Assembly (NCBI GenBank): GCA_038902915.1
Contig: JBCKNC010000001.1
Location: 1,350 to 65,349, forward strand
Source of the DNA: Polaromonas sp.
Lineage (GTDB): Bacteria; Pseudomonadota; Gammaproteobacteria; Burkholderiales; Burkholderiaceae_C
Reading direction: 5' to 3'
DNA length: 64,000 nt
The notes under the pieces are model-generated. The model was given only the letters and a program-made list of their open reading frames with translations. It did no database searches and had not been told where the DNA came from. Position numbers and translations under genes: made by a program. Every line of letters starts with the position of its first letter. Position 1 is the first letter of the stretch. Shown here piece by piece: positions 21,637-31,265 of the stretch.

Positions 21637-21818
21637 GGGTTATTGGGGGCAGACGCCAATTTCATTACGCTGCATGGGTTATTGGGGTCAGACACCAATT
21701 TCGCAGCGGAGCGAAGCACCGCCCCCGGAGGGCGAGCCGAAGGCTAGTCGAATTTGGGCTCTGACCCCAAAAACCCAGCCAAGGGCACGATGAATTTGGA
21801 CTCTGACCCCAAAAACCC
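21637..21818. repeat. Type A GGGGTCAGA palindrome (21676-21776) nested inside a type B copy
   Basis: Type B left arm ...CAGACGCCAATTTCATT, full type A copy, type B right arm GATGAATTTGGACTCTGACCCC. Confidence 0.85.
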
Positions 21819-21946
21819 TCTTCGCGTAGCCCTGGCGAAATTTTGCTGGATAGTCGTGGTTGGCAATGGTAGAGTGAACCGCTAGGTCCGGGTTTGATAC
21901 ATTGACCTGTTACTGTTGAAGCAGCAACTGATGGAGTGGCGCACCG

Positions 21947-22885
21947 ATGAAAATTTTGTTGGTAGAAGACTCGGCTGCGGTCGTATTGGTCATGACCCAG
22001 CGTCTGTCCAGCTTTGGGCACGATGTCCTGTTGGCCAAGAACGGGCAGATTGCCGTGGAGATGTTTCGCGACTCTGCACCTGATCTGGTGCTGATGGACA
22101 TTGAAATGCCAGTGATGAACGGCTTTGAGGCCGTCAGCCGTATCCGCGCGGTAGAGGCCACACAACAGTGGGCATGGACGCCCATCATCTTCCTGACGGC
22201 ATCGGACACAGTCAAAAACCTCATCACCGCGATTGAGGCCGGTGGCGATGACTTCATGGCCAAAACCGTGCCCGAGCCGGTGTTGCAAGCCAAGATGAAA
22301 GCCATGGGCCGCATCGCCACCTTGCGCCAACGCCTGTCTTTTGCCAACCGTAAGCTCGAAGAGTTGGCTAGCAGTGATGGCCTGACGGGCCTGTGCAACC
22401 GGCGCAGCATGGACGACCGGGTGGACGTTGCTTTTTCCCATGCGACGGTGCTAGGTGGGGCGTTTGGCCTGTTGATGCTGGATATCGACAACTTCAAAAA
22501 ATACAACGACCGCTACGGCCACCAGGACGGTGATGACTGTTTGCGCTCGGTGGCTCGGGCCATTGGCGCGTCAGTTGATGCCGCCAATAATAGCGGGCTG
22601 ACGGTGGACGCCTTTGCGGCGCGCTATGGCGGTGAAGAGTTTGCTGTAGTGTTGCCCGGTGTGTCTGCCGCAACCCAGCAGCAGGTGGCCGTAGGGATTG
22701 TCCAGGCGGTACGCCAATTGGCCATTGCGCATGAGAAAAATGCGAATTTTGGCATCGTCACTCTTTCCGTCGGTGGTGCCCGACTTGCGCATGCCGTGGG
22801 TAAAGTGGCGTCGCTGTTTCGTGCGGCGGATGCACAACTGTATCGGGCCAAGGCGGTCGGGCGCAACCGGATTGAGATGGAATAA
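21947..22885 (+). CDS. Response regulator-diguanylate cyclase (REC-GGDEF)
   Basis: REC (LLVED, LMDIEMP), DIDNFKKYND, ARYGGEEF. Confidence 0.93.
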   Translation: MKILLVEDSAAVVLVMTQRLSSFGHDVLLAKNGQIAVEMFRDSAPDLVLMDIEMPVMNGFEAVSRIRAVEATQQWAWTPIIFLTASDTVKNLITAIEAGGDDFMAKTVPEPVLQAKMKAMGRIATLRQRLSFANRKLEELASSDGLTGLCNRRSMDDRVDVAFSHATVLGGAFGLLMLDIDNFKKYNDRYGHQDGDDCLRSVARAIGASVDAANNSGLTVDAFAARYGGEEFAVVLPGVSAATQQQVAVGIVQAVRQLAIAHEKNANFGIVTLSVGGARLAHAVGKVASLFRAADAQLYRAKAVGRNRIEME

Positions 22886-22929
22886 GCAGAGCTTAATCGG
22901 CAGACAGGGAAACCAGTCAAACCACGCAA

Positions 22930-23010
22930 ACAAGGCCGGATATAAGTGAGCAGCCGACTTCTTCACAAAACTTAGCAAATTGTGCTTGCTAGCCGGGAGG
23001 CATCCATATA
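22930..23010 (+). mobile_element. Relic of an IS110-family (IS1111 group) right non-coding end
   Basis: AGGCCGGATATAAGTGAGCAGCC...CTTGC...GGGAGGCATCCATATA, recalled IS1111 right-end pattern; no transposase nearby. Confidence 0.55.
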
Positions 23011-23032
23011 AGTGCGCCCATGCTGGGCGCAC
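23011..23032 (-). mobile_element. 5' stub of a group IIC intron
   Basis: Minus strand GTGCGCCCAGCATGGGCGCACT directly after the terminator U-tract. Confidence 0.6.
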
Positions 23033-23035
23033 AAG

Positions 23036-23071
23036 AAAAAGCCCGCTATCTAATTAATAGAGGGTTTTTTT
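23036..23071. terminator. Bidirectional intrinsic terminator
   Basis: AAAAAGCCCGCTAT-CTAATTA-ATAGAGGGTTTTTTT. Confidence 0.7.
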
Positions 23072-23072
23072 G

Positions 23073-23135
23073 GTGTGCCAGGCAGGGCGTACCTACTTGG
23101 AGGCGAAAGTCCTCTACTCGCCCGGCAAGGGGAGT
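23073..23135 (+). mobile_element. 5' fragment of a second group IIC intron
   Basis: GTGTGCCAGGCAGGGCGT...TGGAGG-CGAAAGT-CCTCTA...CCCGGCAAGGGGA directly after the terminator; GUGYG start and GNRA stem. Confidence 0.6.
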
Positions 23136-23387
23136 CGTACCAATCTATGTCAAACCTGACACCCTCTAAAACCGGTGCGAAAGCACCGTTCGGCTTTCCA
23201 ATTCGATCACTTGATTTGATCCGGCTGAAGCGTCTTGTTGAGCCTATTGCCTAAGATGCAGGGCTTTTGTCCCGTTGATCGGGACATAGGGAAGGACGCT
23301 TGCTGTGTACATTGAAAGCCTTTCATCGACTCTGGCCATCAGCTCCTAATTTCTCTTTACCGATAGCGACTTTTCTAGGTTGATTAC

Positions 23388-23606
23388 ATGCAAATGAGCA
23401 CAGCATTCCCCCAGGCAGACGCATCTGCCGCTCTGCACCAGAGCGTCGAGATCGATGACGGTGACGTTCCTACGCCGGCCCAGTGGCTGCACGATCTCGA
23501 TGGCACATACACCATGGAAGATGAGCGCGCCAAAGGCAAGGGGGGCGCAACACGTCAAGGTGCTGCGAGCAGCGTGCAGTCCGTCGAAGAAGTCACCTTT
23601 TTTTAA
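23388..23606 (+). pseudogene. Probable C-terminal remnant of the chemoreceptor-like gene preceding cheY
   Basis: WLHDLDGTYTMEDER...EEVTFF, a CheR-tether-like terminus; no signalling domain upstream. Confidence 0.5.
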
Positions 23607-23627
23607 ACCGTTCCAAGGACATTAATC

Positions 23628-24005
23628 ATGGCCAAAACCATACTGATCGTTGACGATTCTGCCAGCCTGCGGCAGGTTGTGACCATTGCTTTGACCGGCG
23701 CCGGCTACGAAGTGCTGCAAGCGTCTGACGGACGGGATGCACTGGACAAACTCGGAAAACTGGGTGGGCAAAAAATCCACCTCATCGTCTGCGATGTCAA
23801 CATGCCCATTATGGGCGGCATCGAGTTCGTCACAGAAATCAAGAAAAACCCGGCGCACAAATTCGTCCCAGTGATCATGCTCACCACCGATCGCAATGAA
23901 GCGATGAAAGAGCGCGGACGGGCGGCGGGCGCGAAGGCATGGGTGGTCAAACCGTTCAGTCCGCCGCAAATGCTCAATGCCGTCTCCAAGCTGATCCTGC
24001 CATGA
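23628..24005 (+). CDS. cheY: Chemotaxis response regulator
   Basis: Single REC: ILIVDDS, CDVNMP, MLTT, WVVKPF. Confidence 0.9.
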   Translation: MAKTILIVDDSASLRQVVTIALTGAGYEVLQASDGRDALDKLGKLGGQKIHLIVCDVNMPIMGGIEFVTEIKKNPAHKFVPVIMLTTDRNEAMKERGRAAGAKAWVVKPFSPPQMLNAVSKLILP

Positions 24006-24043
24006 CACCCGGCCTATAAAAAAGAACGACCCCAGGAGACACC

Positions 24044-24370
24044 ATGCCCATTAGTGCTGAAACCCACAACGGCCTGCCGCTACTGCATATCGAGGGCGAC
24101 ATGACCATCTACACCGCTGCCGAGCTCAAGGCCGAACTCATGCCCTACATCAGCCAGCCGGGCGAGAGGGAAATCGACCTCTCCGGCGTCAGCGAGATCG
24201 ACAGCGCCGGCCTGCAGCTCCTAATGCTGGCCAAGCGCGAAGCCGGGCGGCACGCCTGCCCCCTGCGCCTGACGGGACACAGCCGCGCGGTGCTGGAAGT
24301 GCTGGACCTGTGCAATCTGGTGAGCTACTTTGGTGACCCGGTGCTGGTCTTTCGCGACGCCAAGCGCTGA
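24044..24370 (+). CDS. STAS domain protein (anti-sigma antagonist-like)
   Basis: IEGDMTIY, IDLSGVSEIDSAGLQLL. Confidence 0.9.
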   Translation: MPISAETHNGLPLLHIEGDMTIYTAAELKAELMPYISQPGEREIDLSGVSEIDSAGLQLLMLAKREAGRHACPLRLTGHSRAVLEVLDLCNLVSYFGDPVLVFRDAKR

Positions 24371-24399
24371 TCGCCTGCAAGAACAAAGAGTCGCTAAAA

Positions 24400-26616
24400 A
24401 TGAGTCTCAACCTCGACCAGGCCCTGCAAACCTTTATTGCCGAAGCTAAGCTGCTGATGCAGGAGATGGAAGATTGCCTGCTGCGGCTCGAAGCCGATCC
24501 GCGCGACGCCGACACGCTGGGCGCCATCTTCCGTGCCGCCCACACCATCAAGGGCTCGGCCGGTTTGTTCGGGCTCGACCCGATCATCAGCTTCACGCAT
24601 ATCGTCGAAGACGTGCTGGACCGTTTGCGCAACGCCGAGATCAACGTCGAAGGCGACCTGGTGGCCGTGCTGCTCGAAAGCGGCGACCACATGCTGGAGC
24701 TGATCAATGTGGTGGCCGACCAGGGCGGGCAGCTCGATGCCTCCGCTCGGGCGCGGGAGGCCGACTTGCGCAAACGCCTGCAGGCCTACCAGGCCCGAGC
24801 CGCCGGGGCCAGCGCAGAGACCAGCCGCGTGGCCCTGTCACCCAATGCCCCGCTGCGCGCCAGCGCTGGCGGACAAGTGGGGGCTGACAACTGGCACATC
24901 TCGCTGCGCTTTGGCGCCGATGTGCTGCGCGACGGCATGGACCCGCTTTCCTTCCTGCGCTACCTCTCTACCCTGGGCGAGATCGTCTCCATCACCACTC
25001 TGGCCGATGCCATGCCAGCGGCCCAAAAGATGAACGCCCAGACTTGCTACCTGGGTTTCGAGATCGACTTCAAGTCAGAGGCCGACAAGGAGACCATCGC
25101 CGGTGTGTTCGAATTCGTGCGTGAAAGCAGTTCGATCCACATCCTGCCGCCTTTCAGCAAGAGCTCTGAATACATAGCACTGATCCGCAGCCTGTCCGAG
25201 AAGGAAAACCGCCTGGGCGAGATCCTGGTGGCCACCGGGGCGCTGACCCAGCAGGAACTTGCCAATGGTCTGGCCGTCCAGAAAGGTAGTGTCCAGCCCG
25301 ACGGCTCCGCAACGCCGCTGGGCGAAATCCTGGTGCGGCAAAATTCGGTGGAACCCGTCATCGTGCAAGCCGCCCTGGAAAAGCAAGCCCAGACCCGGGA
25401 CAGTAAAACCAAGGAAAACCGCTACGTGCGCGTGCACGCCGACAAGCTCGACGAACTGATCAATCTGGTGGGCGAGCTGGTCATCGCCGGGGCCGGCGCC
25501 CATCTGCTCGCCCTGCGCGCCAAAGACAGCGCCCTGCAGGAGGCCACCTCGGTGATGTCGCACCTGGTGGAGGAAATCCGTGACGGCGCGCTGCGCCTGC
25601 GCATGGTGCCGATCGGCGAGACCTTCAACCGCTTCCAGCGCGTGGTGCGCGACGTGGGCCGCGAGCTCGGCAAGGACATCGAACTGGTCATCACCGGTGC
25701 TGATACCGAGCTGGACAAAACCGTGGTGGAAAAAATCGGCGACCCGCTCATGCACCTGGTGCGCAACGCGCTGGACCATGGCATCGAATCAGCCGCAGCG
25801 CGGCAAGCGGCCGGCAAACCGGCCAAAGGCACGCTGCGCCTGAATGCCTACCACGACTCGGGCAGCATCGTGATCGAGATTGCCGACGACGGCGGCGGCC
25901 TCAATCGTGAGCGCATCCTGCAAAAAGCCCGCGACCGAGGGCTGGTGGCCGCCGACGCCACGCCCTCCGACCACGACATCTACAAGCTGATCTTCGAGGC
26001 CGGTTTCTCCACCGCCGATGCCGTCACCAACATCTCCGGGCGCGGTGTCGGCATGGACGTGGTCAAGCGCAACATCACCGCCCTGCGCGGCACCGTGGAC
26101 TTGGGCTTCGAGCCGGGCCAGGGCACCACGGTGCGCATCCGGCTGCCACTCACACTGGCCATCATCGACGGCTTTCTGGTGGGGGTGAGCAAAGCCAGTT
26201 TCGTGGTGCCGCTGGACATGGTGATCGAATGTGTCGAACTCAGCGCCACCGACCGCCAGGCCCTGCATGAGCGCAGCTACCTCAACCTGCGCGGCGAGGT
26301 ATTGCCATTTGTGCAGTTGCGCCAACATTTTGAAGTCGAGGGGTCGGCGGGGCGGCGCGAAAACGTTGTCGTGGTGCACTACGCCGGACGCAAAGCCGGG
26401 CTGGTGGTCGATGAGCTGCTGGGTGAATTCCAGACTGTCATCAAGCCGCTGGGCAAGCTGTTCAGCACGCTGCGCGGCATCAGCGGCTCGACCATTCTGG
26501 GCAGCGGCGAGGTGGCACTGATTCTGGATGTGCCATCGCTGGTGCAGCAAGCTGTTCAGCGGGAAATGCAGCAGGTTTCGTCACGAGCAACAGTTAATCC
26601 AGCCTTTATTCGCTGA
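24400..26616 (+). CDS. cheA: Chemotaxis histidine kinase
   Basis: FRAAHTIKGSAG, LMHLVRNALDHGIE, DDGGG, SGRGVGMDVV, C-terminal CheW domain. Confidence 0.96.
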   Translation: MSLNLDQALQTFIAEAKLLMQEMEDCLLRLEADPRDADTLGAIFRAAHTIKGSAGLFGLDPIISFTHIVEDVLDRLRNAEINVEGDLVAVLLESGDHMLELINVVADQGGQLDASARAREADLRKRLQAYQARAAGASAETSRVALSPNAPLRASAGGQVGADNWHISLRFGADVLRDGMDPLSFLRYLSTLGEIVSITTLADAMPAAQKMNAQTCYLGFEIDFKSEADKETIAGVFEFVRESSSIHILPPFSKSSEYIALIRSLSEKENRLGEILVATGALTQQELANGLAVQKGSVQPDGSATPLGEILVRQNSVEPVIVQAALEKQAQTRDSKTKENRYVRVHADKLDELINLVGELVIAGAGAHLLALRAKDSALQEATSVMSHLVEEIRDGALRLRMVPIGETFNRFQRVVRDVGRELGKDIELVITGADTELDKTVVEKIGDPLMHLVRNALDHGIESAAARQAAGKPAKGTLRLNAYHDSGSIVIEIADDGGGLNRERILQKARDRGLVAADATPSDHDIYKLIFEAGFSTADAVTNISGRGVGMDVVKRNITALRGTVDLGFEPGQGTTVRIRLPLTLAIIDGFLVGVSKASFVVPLDMVIECVELSATDRQALHERSYLNLRGEVLPFVQLRQHFEVEGSAGRRENVVVVHYAGRKAGLVVDELLGEFQTVIKPLGKLFSTLRGISGSTILGSGEVALILDVPSLVQQAVQREMQQVSSRATVNPAFIR

Positions 26617-26657
26617 ATTTTTGGTCTCAATTGTTTCTTTTTTCTAGGGGGTAGATT

Positions 26658-28292
26658 ATGTTCAAGAATATGACAATAGGCACCCGTCTCGCAACGGGAT
26701 TCGCAACAGTTTTGTTGCTATTGGCCGCTGTGGCTGGGGTAGGCATCAACGCTATGTCTAGTATAGAAGGCCGTCTGGACGAAATCGTCAACGACAACGT
26801 CTACAAATCGAAGCTTCTCGGCGATATGTCTGAAGCCGTCCACATTGTGACCCGCATCACCCGGACCATTGTGCTGCTGGACGACAAGGCGCTTAAGGAT
26901 ATTGAAGTCACAAAGCTCCACAGCTTTCGCCAGAAGTACAACGAGGCATGGACCGCTCTAGAGAAGACATCCGCATCTGAAAAAGGTATGGCCCTACGCG
27001 TCAAGGTGACATCATCGAGTGCTGAAGCACGGGGCTTCACTAACCAAGTGTTAGAACTCGCCATGCTCAACAAGGACGATGAAGCTGTGAAATTACTGCT
27101 GGGCTCAGCGTCCCCAGCGTCCCAGAAGTGGCAGGATGCGATCGACGAATATATCGCCTTGCAGGCAGCAAACACCAAGGACTACCACGAGAAAGCACAA
27201 AATGAATACGACACAGCCCTCGCCACTATTCTGACCTTGACCGGTGCGGCTATTGTCTTGGGCGCACTGTTGGGCTGGTTCATAACCCGGATCATCATGC
27301 GCCAGATTGGCGGCGACCCCGCTTATGCCGCAGAAGTGGTGAAAAAAGTGGCAGGTGGTGACCTTGCCTCTAATATTGTCACCCGCAAGGGGGACGACAG
27401 CAGCCTGCTGTACAACATTACGACTATGGTACAAAGTCTGTCGCAGATCATCACCGAAGTACGGGGTGCTGCGGACAACCTCTCCAGTGCTTCCGAGGAA
27501 GTCAGTGCCACGGCCCAGTCCATCAGCCAGGCTACCAGCGAGCAGGCGGCCAGCGTGGAAGAGACCAGCGCTTCCATCGAGCAGATGAGCGCTTCCATCA
27601 ACCAGAACACCGAGAACGCCAAAATTACCGATGGCATGGCCTCTAAAGCCTCCAAGGAAGCCACCGAAGGCGGCGCAGCGGTCAAGCAGACGGTCGCCGC
27701 CATGAAGCAGATTGCCAAGAAGATCAGCATCATCGACGACATCGCCTACCAGACCAACCTGCTGGCGCTCAATGCGGCGATTGAAGCGGCCCGCGCTGGC
27801 GAGCACGGCAAGGGCTTTGCCGTAGTGGCCGCCGAGGTGCGCAAGCTGGCCGAGCGCAGCCAGGTGGCGGCGCAGGAAATTGGTGAGCTGGCCTCCAGCA
27901 GTGTGGAGATGGCCGAGCGCGCCGGCAAGCTGCTTGAAGCGATGGTGCCGTCCATCAACAAGACTTCGGATTTAGTGCAAGAGATCAGCGCGGCCTCGCA
28001 GGAGCAGTCTGCCGGTGTCGGCCAGATCGACACGGCCATGAGCCAGTTGAGCCAGATCACCCAGCAAAATGCCTCAGCCTCCGAGGAACTGGCCGCCACG
28101 TCGGAAGTGATGAGTGGCCAGGCCATGCAGTTGCAGCAGATCATGGGGTTCTTCAAGGTCAATGCCAGCGGCGACGCCAGCTACGCCAAAGCGGCGGCAC
28201 CGAAAGCGGCAGCCAGTGCGACCAAGATGGCCCGCCAGGCCAAGCCAGCTGCCGGCGGCGCTCCCAATGAAGCCGAGTTCACCCGGTTTTAA
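26658..28292 (+). CDS. Methyl-accepting chemotaxis protein (4HB sensor)
   Basis: Two TM segments, [31 protein letters not shown]-terminal EFTRF pentapeptide. Confidence 0.95.
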   Translation: MFKNMTIGTRLATGFATVLLLLAAVAGVGINAMSSIEGRLDEIVNDNVYKSKLLGDMSEAVHIVTRITRTIVLLDDKALKDIEVTKLHSFRQKYNEAWTALEKTSASEKGMALRVKVTSSSAEARGFTNQVLELAMLNKDDEAVKLLLGSASPASQKWQDAIDEYIALQAANTKDYHEKAQNEYDTALATILTLTGAAIVLGALLGWFITRIIMRQIGGDPAYAAEVVKKVAGGDLASNIVTRKGDDSSLLYNITTMVQSLSQIITEVRGAADNLSSASEEVSATAQSISQATSEQAASVEETSASIEQMSASINQNTENAKITDGMASKASKEATEGGAAVKQTVAAMKQIAKKISIIDDIAYQTNLLALNAAIEAARAGEHGKGFAVVAAEVRKLAERSQVAAQEIGELASSSVEMAERAGKLLEAMVPSINKTSDLVQEISAASQEQSAGVGQIDTAMSQLSQITQQNASASEELAATSEVMSGQAMQLQQIMGFFKVNASGDASYAKAAAPKAAASATKMARQAKPAAGGAPNEAEFTRF

Positions 28293-28304
28293 GGGGAGGC
28301 CATC

Positions 28305-28841
28305 ATGGGTGCACTAGTCAAAACAGGCGGCGCGGTAGCGGCCGTCAAACATCAGGAAGATGCGCAGTACCTGACCTTTCTGCTCGGCGGCGAGATGTTT
28401 GCCATCGACATTTTGGGCATCAATGAGATCATCGAATACGCCAGCCTGACGGCCGTGCCGATGATGCCGGGGTTCATCCGTGGGGTGATTAATCTGCGCG
28501 GCGCGGTGGTGCCGGTGGTGGATTTGTCGGCCCGCTTTGGCCGAAAATCCTCCGAAATCACGCGGCGCAGCTGCATCGTGATCCTGGAAGTGGCAGCGGA
28601 CGGAGAGAGGCAGGACGTGGGCGTGGTGGTGGACTCGGTCTCCGAAGTCTTGGCCATTGCCGCCAGCGAGATCGAACCGCCCCCCTTTTTTGGCGCAAAG
28701 ATCCGCATCGACTTCATCAGCGGCATGGGCAAGGTGGGCGGCAAGTTCGTCATCATCCTGAATGCCAACCGCGTGCTCTCGGTCGATGAGATGGCCATGC
28801 TGACGCAGGCGGCCGGCAGCGCAGAGAGCGTTGCGGCATGA
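28305..28841 (+). CDS. cheW: Chemotaxis adaptor CheW (copy 1)
   Basis: QYLTFLLG, GVINLRGAVVPVVDL, VVDSVSEV. Confidence 0.95.
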   Translation: MGALVKTGGAVAAVKHQEDAQYLTFLLGGEMFAIDILGINEIIEYASLTAVPMMPGFIRGVINLRGAVVPVVDLSARFGRKSSEITRRSCIVILEVAADGERQDVGVVVDSVSEVLAIAASEIEPPPFFGAKIRIDFISGMGKVGGKFVIILNANRVLSVDEMAMLTQAAGSAESVAA

Positions 28842-28923
28842 TCCAAATTGGCCATCCCCCAGACTATAAAAATTTATCAGAATTACTAACGCTCATCCAC
28901 TTGTGAAATAGAAGAGAAATATC

Positions 28924-30465
28924 ATGCTAAACAATTTGAGCATAAAAGTTAAATTATTCAGCAGCACGCTATTGGCTGTGATTGTTATTCTTGTTCTAGC
29001 CGGAATGAATGTTTATTCCATCCGCCAGGGTTCATCTGCGCTGGCGGATGTTTACGAAAATAACGTTCAGCCGCTGGTGCTGCTGCAGAAAATGGATAGT
29101 GTGCTCAAGGAAGTCCGCTTCAGGCTGGTGGCCGTGCCACTTGAGCAGATGTCGATGAAGGGATCGAGCGATAATCTGAAGGAAACAAGAATCAGGATTC
29201 CTCAGCTATGGGCCGAATTCAAGGGCATGCTGGTAGATGTGCAATTGGATAAAGACAGCCGGGAGGCGATTGAGAAAATAGACACCCAGATGAAATCGGT
29301 GGATGTTTTTTTTGCAAAGCTGGAGGAAATTTATGCGACGGGTAACAAGGATGCCCTGCTCGTTCCGCTGCAGGAAGACTGGCCGCTGATCACTCGCAAT
29401 CTGCTTAAACCCCTCGCGCAGTTAATACCCACGCAGGAAGCCGCAGTCAAGCTGACTTATGAAAAAAGCAGCGCACTCGGGGGGAAACTGACTTTCCTTT
29501 CCCTGATTGTCATGCTTGTTGGCATGGCTGTCCTGCTGGTTTTCGCCATCAAGGTCAGCAGCAATCTGTTGAAACAGCTGGGTGGTGAGCCGGAATATGC
29601 AGCAAGCGTAGTCGGAAAAATTGCTAACGGGGATCTGACCGTACAGGTTGTTATAAAAGAGGGAGACAGCAACAGCCTGTTGTTTAACATCAAAACCATG
29701 GCGGAGAAGCTGTCGCAGATTATCTCCGAAGTACGTGGCACCGCCGACAATCTGGCCAGCGCCTCCGAAGAAATCAGTGCCACGGCCCAGTCCATCAGCC
29801 AGTCCACCAGCGAGCAGGCTGCCAGCGTGGAAGAGACCAGCGCCTCGATTGAGCAGATGAGCGCTTCCATCAACCAGAACACCGAGAACGCCAAATTCAC
29901 CGATGGCATAGCCTCTAAAGCCTCCAAGGAAGCCACCGAAGGCGGCGAAGCGGTCAAGCAGACGGTGGCCGCCATGAAGCAGATTGCCAAGCGCATCGGC
30001 ATCATCGACGACATCGCCTACCAGACCAACCTGCTGGCACTCAATGCGGCGATTGAAGCGGCGCGCGCCGGCGAGCATGGCAAGGGCTTTGCCGTGGTGG
30101 CCGCCGAGGTGCGCAAGCTGGCCGAGCGCAGCCAGGTGGCCGCGCAAGAGATCGGTGAGCTGGCCTCCAGCAGTGTGGAAATGGCCGAGCGCGCGGGCAA
30201 GCTGCTGGGCGAGATAGTACATTCGACCAACAATACCTCGGACCTGGTACAAGAGATCAGCGCGGCCTCGCAGGAACAGTCTGCCGGTGTCGGCCAGATC
30301 AACACTGGCATGAGCCAGTTGAGCCAGATCACCCAGCAAAATGCCTCAGCCGCCGAGGAACTGGCCGCCACGTCGGAAGAGATGAGTAGCCAGGCCATGC
30401 AGTTGCAACAGGCCATGGAGTTCTTCAAGGTCGATGCCGGCGGCGCAGAGAGCGTTGCGGCATGA
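28924..30465 (+). CDS. Second methyl-accepting chemotaxis protein
   Basis: Two TM segments; signalling domain nearly identical to MCP1; ends in the CheW-derived AESVAA. Confidence 0.93.
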   Translation: MLNNLSIKVKLFSSTLLAVIVILVLAGMNVYSIRQGSSALADVYENNVQPLVLLQKMDSVLKEVRFRLVAVPLEQMSMKGSSDNLKETRIRIPQLWAEFKGMLVDVQLDKDSREAIEKIDTQMKSVDVFFAKLEEIYATGNKDALLVPLQEDWPLITRNLLKPLAQLIPTQEAAVKLTYEKSSALGGKLTFLSLIVMLVGMAVLLVFAIKVSSNLLKQLGGEPEYAASVVGKIANGDLTVQVVIKEGDSNSLLFNIKTMAEKLSQIISEVRGTADNLASASEEISATAQSISQSTSEQAASVEETSASIEQMSASINQNTENAKFTDGIASKASKEATEGGEAVKQTVAAMKQIAKRIGIIDDIAYQTNLLALNAAIEAARAGEHGKGFAVVAAEVRKLAERSQVAAQEIGELASSSVEMAERAGKLLGEIVHSTNNTSDLVQEISAASQEQSAGVGQINTGMSQLSQITQQNASAAEELAATSEEMSSQAMQLQQAMEFFKVDAGGAESVAA

Positions 30466-30489
30466 TCCAAATTGGCCATCCCCCACACT

Positions 30490-30597
30490 ATGCCTTGGCC
30501 GGCTGAGGTACTGTTGATGATTGCTTTAACGCTGCTTGGCATCAATCGCATGGCGGAAATTCAGGGTTATTTGGATGCGATCACTACGGATACATAG
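30490..30597 (+). pseudogene. N-terminal fragment of a third MCP
   Basis: EVLLMIALTLLGINRMAEIQGYLDAITTD resembles MCP1 TM1/sensor start [29 protein letters not shown]. Confidence 0.5.
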
Positions 30598-30624
30598 AGC
30601 AGCATATAACCAACACAGAACTAA

Positions 30625-30690
30625 GGACCCTCTGCATCACTCTGGCGAGCCCGCGCGATCACAGACCGCAGGGAGTTATGCAGAGGGTCC
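30625..30690. mobile_element. 66-bp MITE with IS5-like ends
   Basis: GGACCCTCTGCATCACTC / GAGTTATGCAGAGGGTCC (17/18 inverted match), flanked by TAA on both sides. Confidence 0.7.
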
Positions 30691-30751
30691 TAAAGTAAGG
30701 CAGTATTTAATCCGACATGTTTTTTTGTAGTAATCATCAAAAGAGTTTTAT

Positions 30752-31138
30752 ATGAGCACATTGCAACGCATCATGCACGTTGATGACGAACCCGACATTC
30801 TGGCCGTCGCCAAGATGGCGCTGGAAATGATGGGCGGCTTCACCGTGCAGACATTCTCATCAGGGGAGGCGGCACTTAAAGAAATGGTTGCGTTTGCGCC
30901 AGATATGATTCTGCTGGATGTGATGATGCCGGGCATGGATGGTCCCTCCACGCTCAAGGCGCTGCGTGAGTTGGCACCTTTGGCGGCCGTGCCGGTTGTG
31001 TTCATGACCGCCAAGGTACAACCGCAGGAAGTGGCTTATTACAAGTCTCTGGGCGCACTCGATGTCATTCCCAAGCCTTTTGATCCGATGAATCTGGCCA
31101 ATCAGATGCGTGCAATTTGGGATGCACAAAATGGCTAG
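30752..31138 (+). CDS. Single-domain response regulator
   Basis: HVDDEPD, LLDVMMPGMDG, FMTA, IPKPFD. Confidence 0.92.
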   Translation: MSTLQRIMHVDDEPDILAVAKMALEMMGGFTVQTFSSGEAALKEMVAFAPDMILLDVMMPGMDGPSTLKALRELAPLAAVPVVFMTAKVQPQEVAYYKSLGALDVIPKPFDPMNLANQMRAIWDAQNG

Positions 31139-31265
31139 GGACCCTAGCAGCCTGTCTATGGATGCCGTTCTCATCACCGGAGATGAAAGGCTCTTCTATA
31201 GCGTCAAATTTGCTGGAAGTAAGCAGATCAAGTCTGGATCTGTTGAACTGCTGAAGGAAAAATAA

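Noticed and set aside
23160-23260. Possible c-di-GMP-I (GEMM) riboswitch upstream of the che cluster
   Set aside because: Only the CGGTGC-GAAA-GCACCG hairpin is present; the GCAAA junction and the second stem with tetraloop receptor are not recognisable.
23250-23280. Possible sigma28 promoter TAAG-N15-CCCGTTGA
   Set aside because: Too degenerate to support without a trained matrix or mapped start sites.
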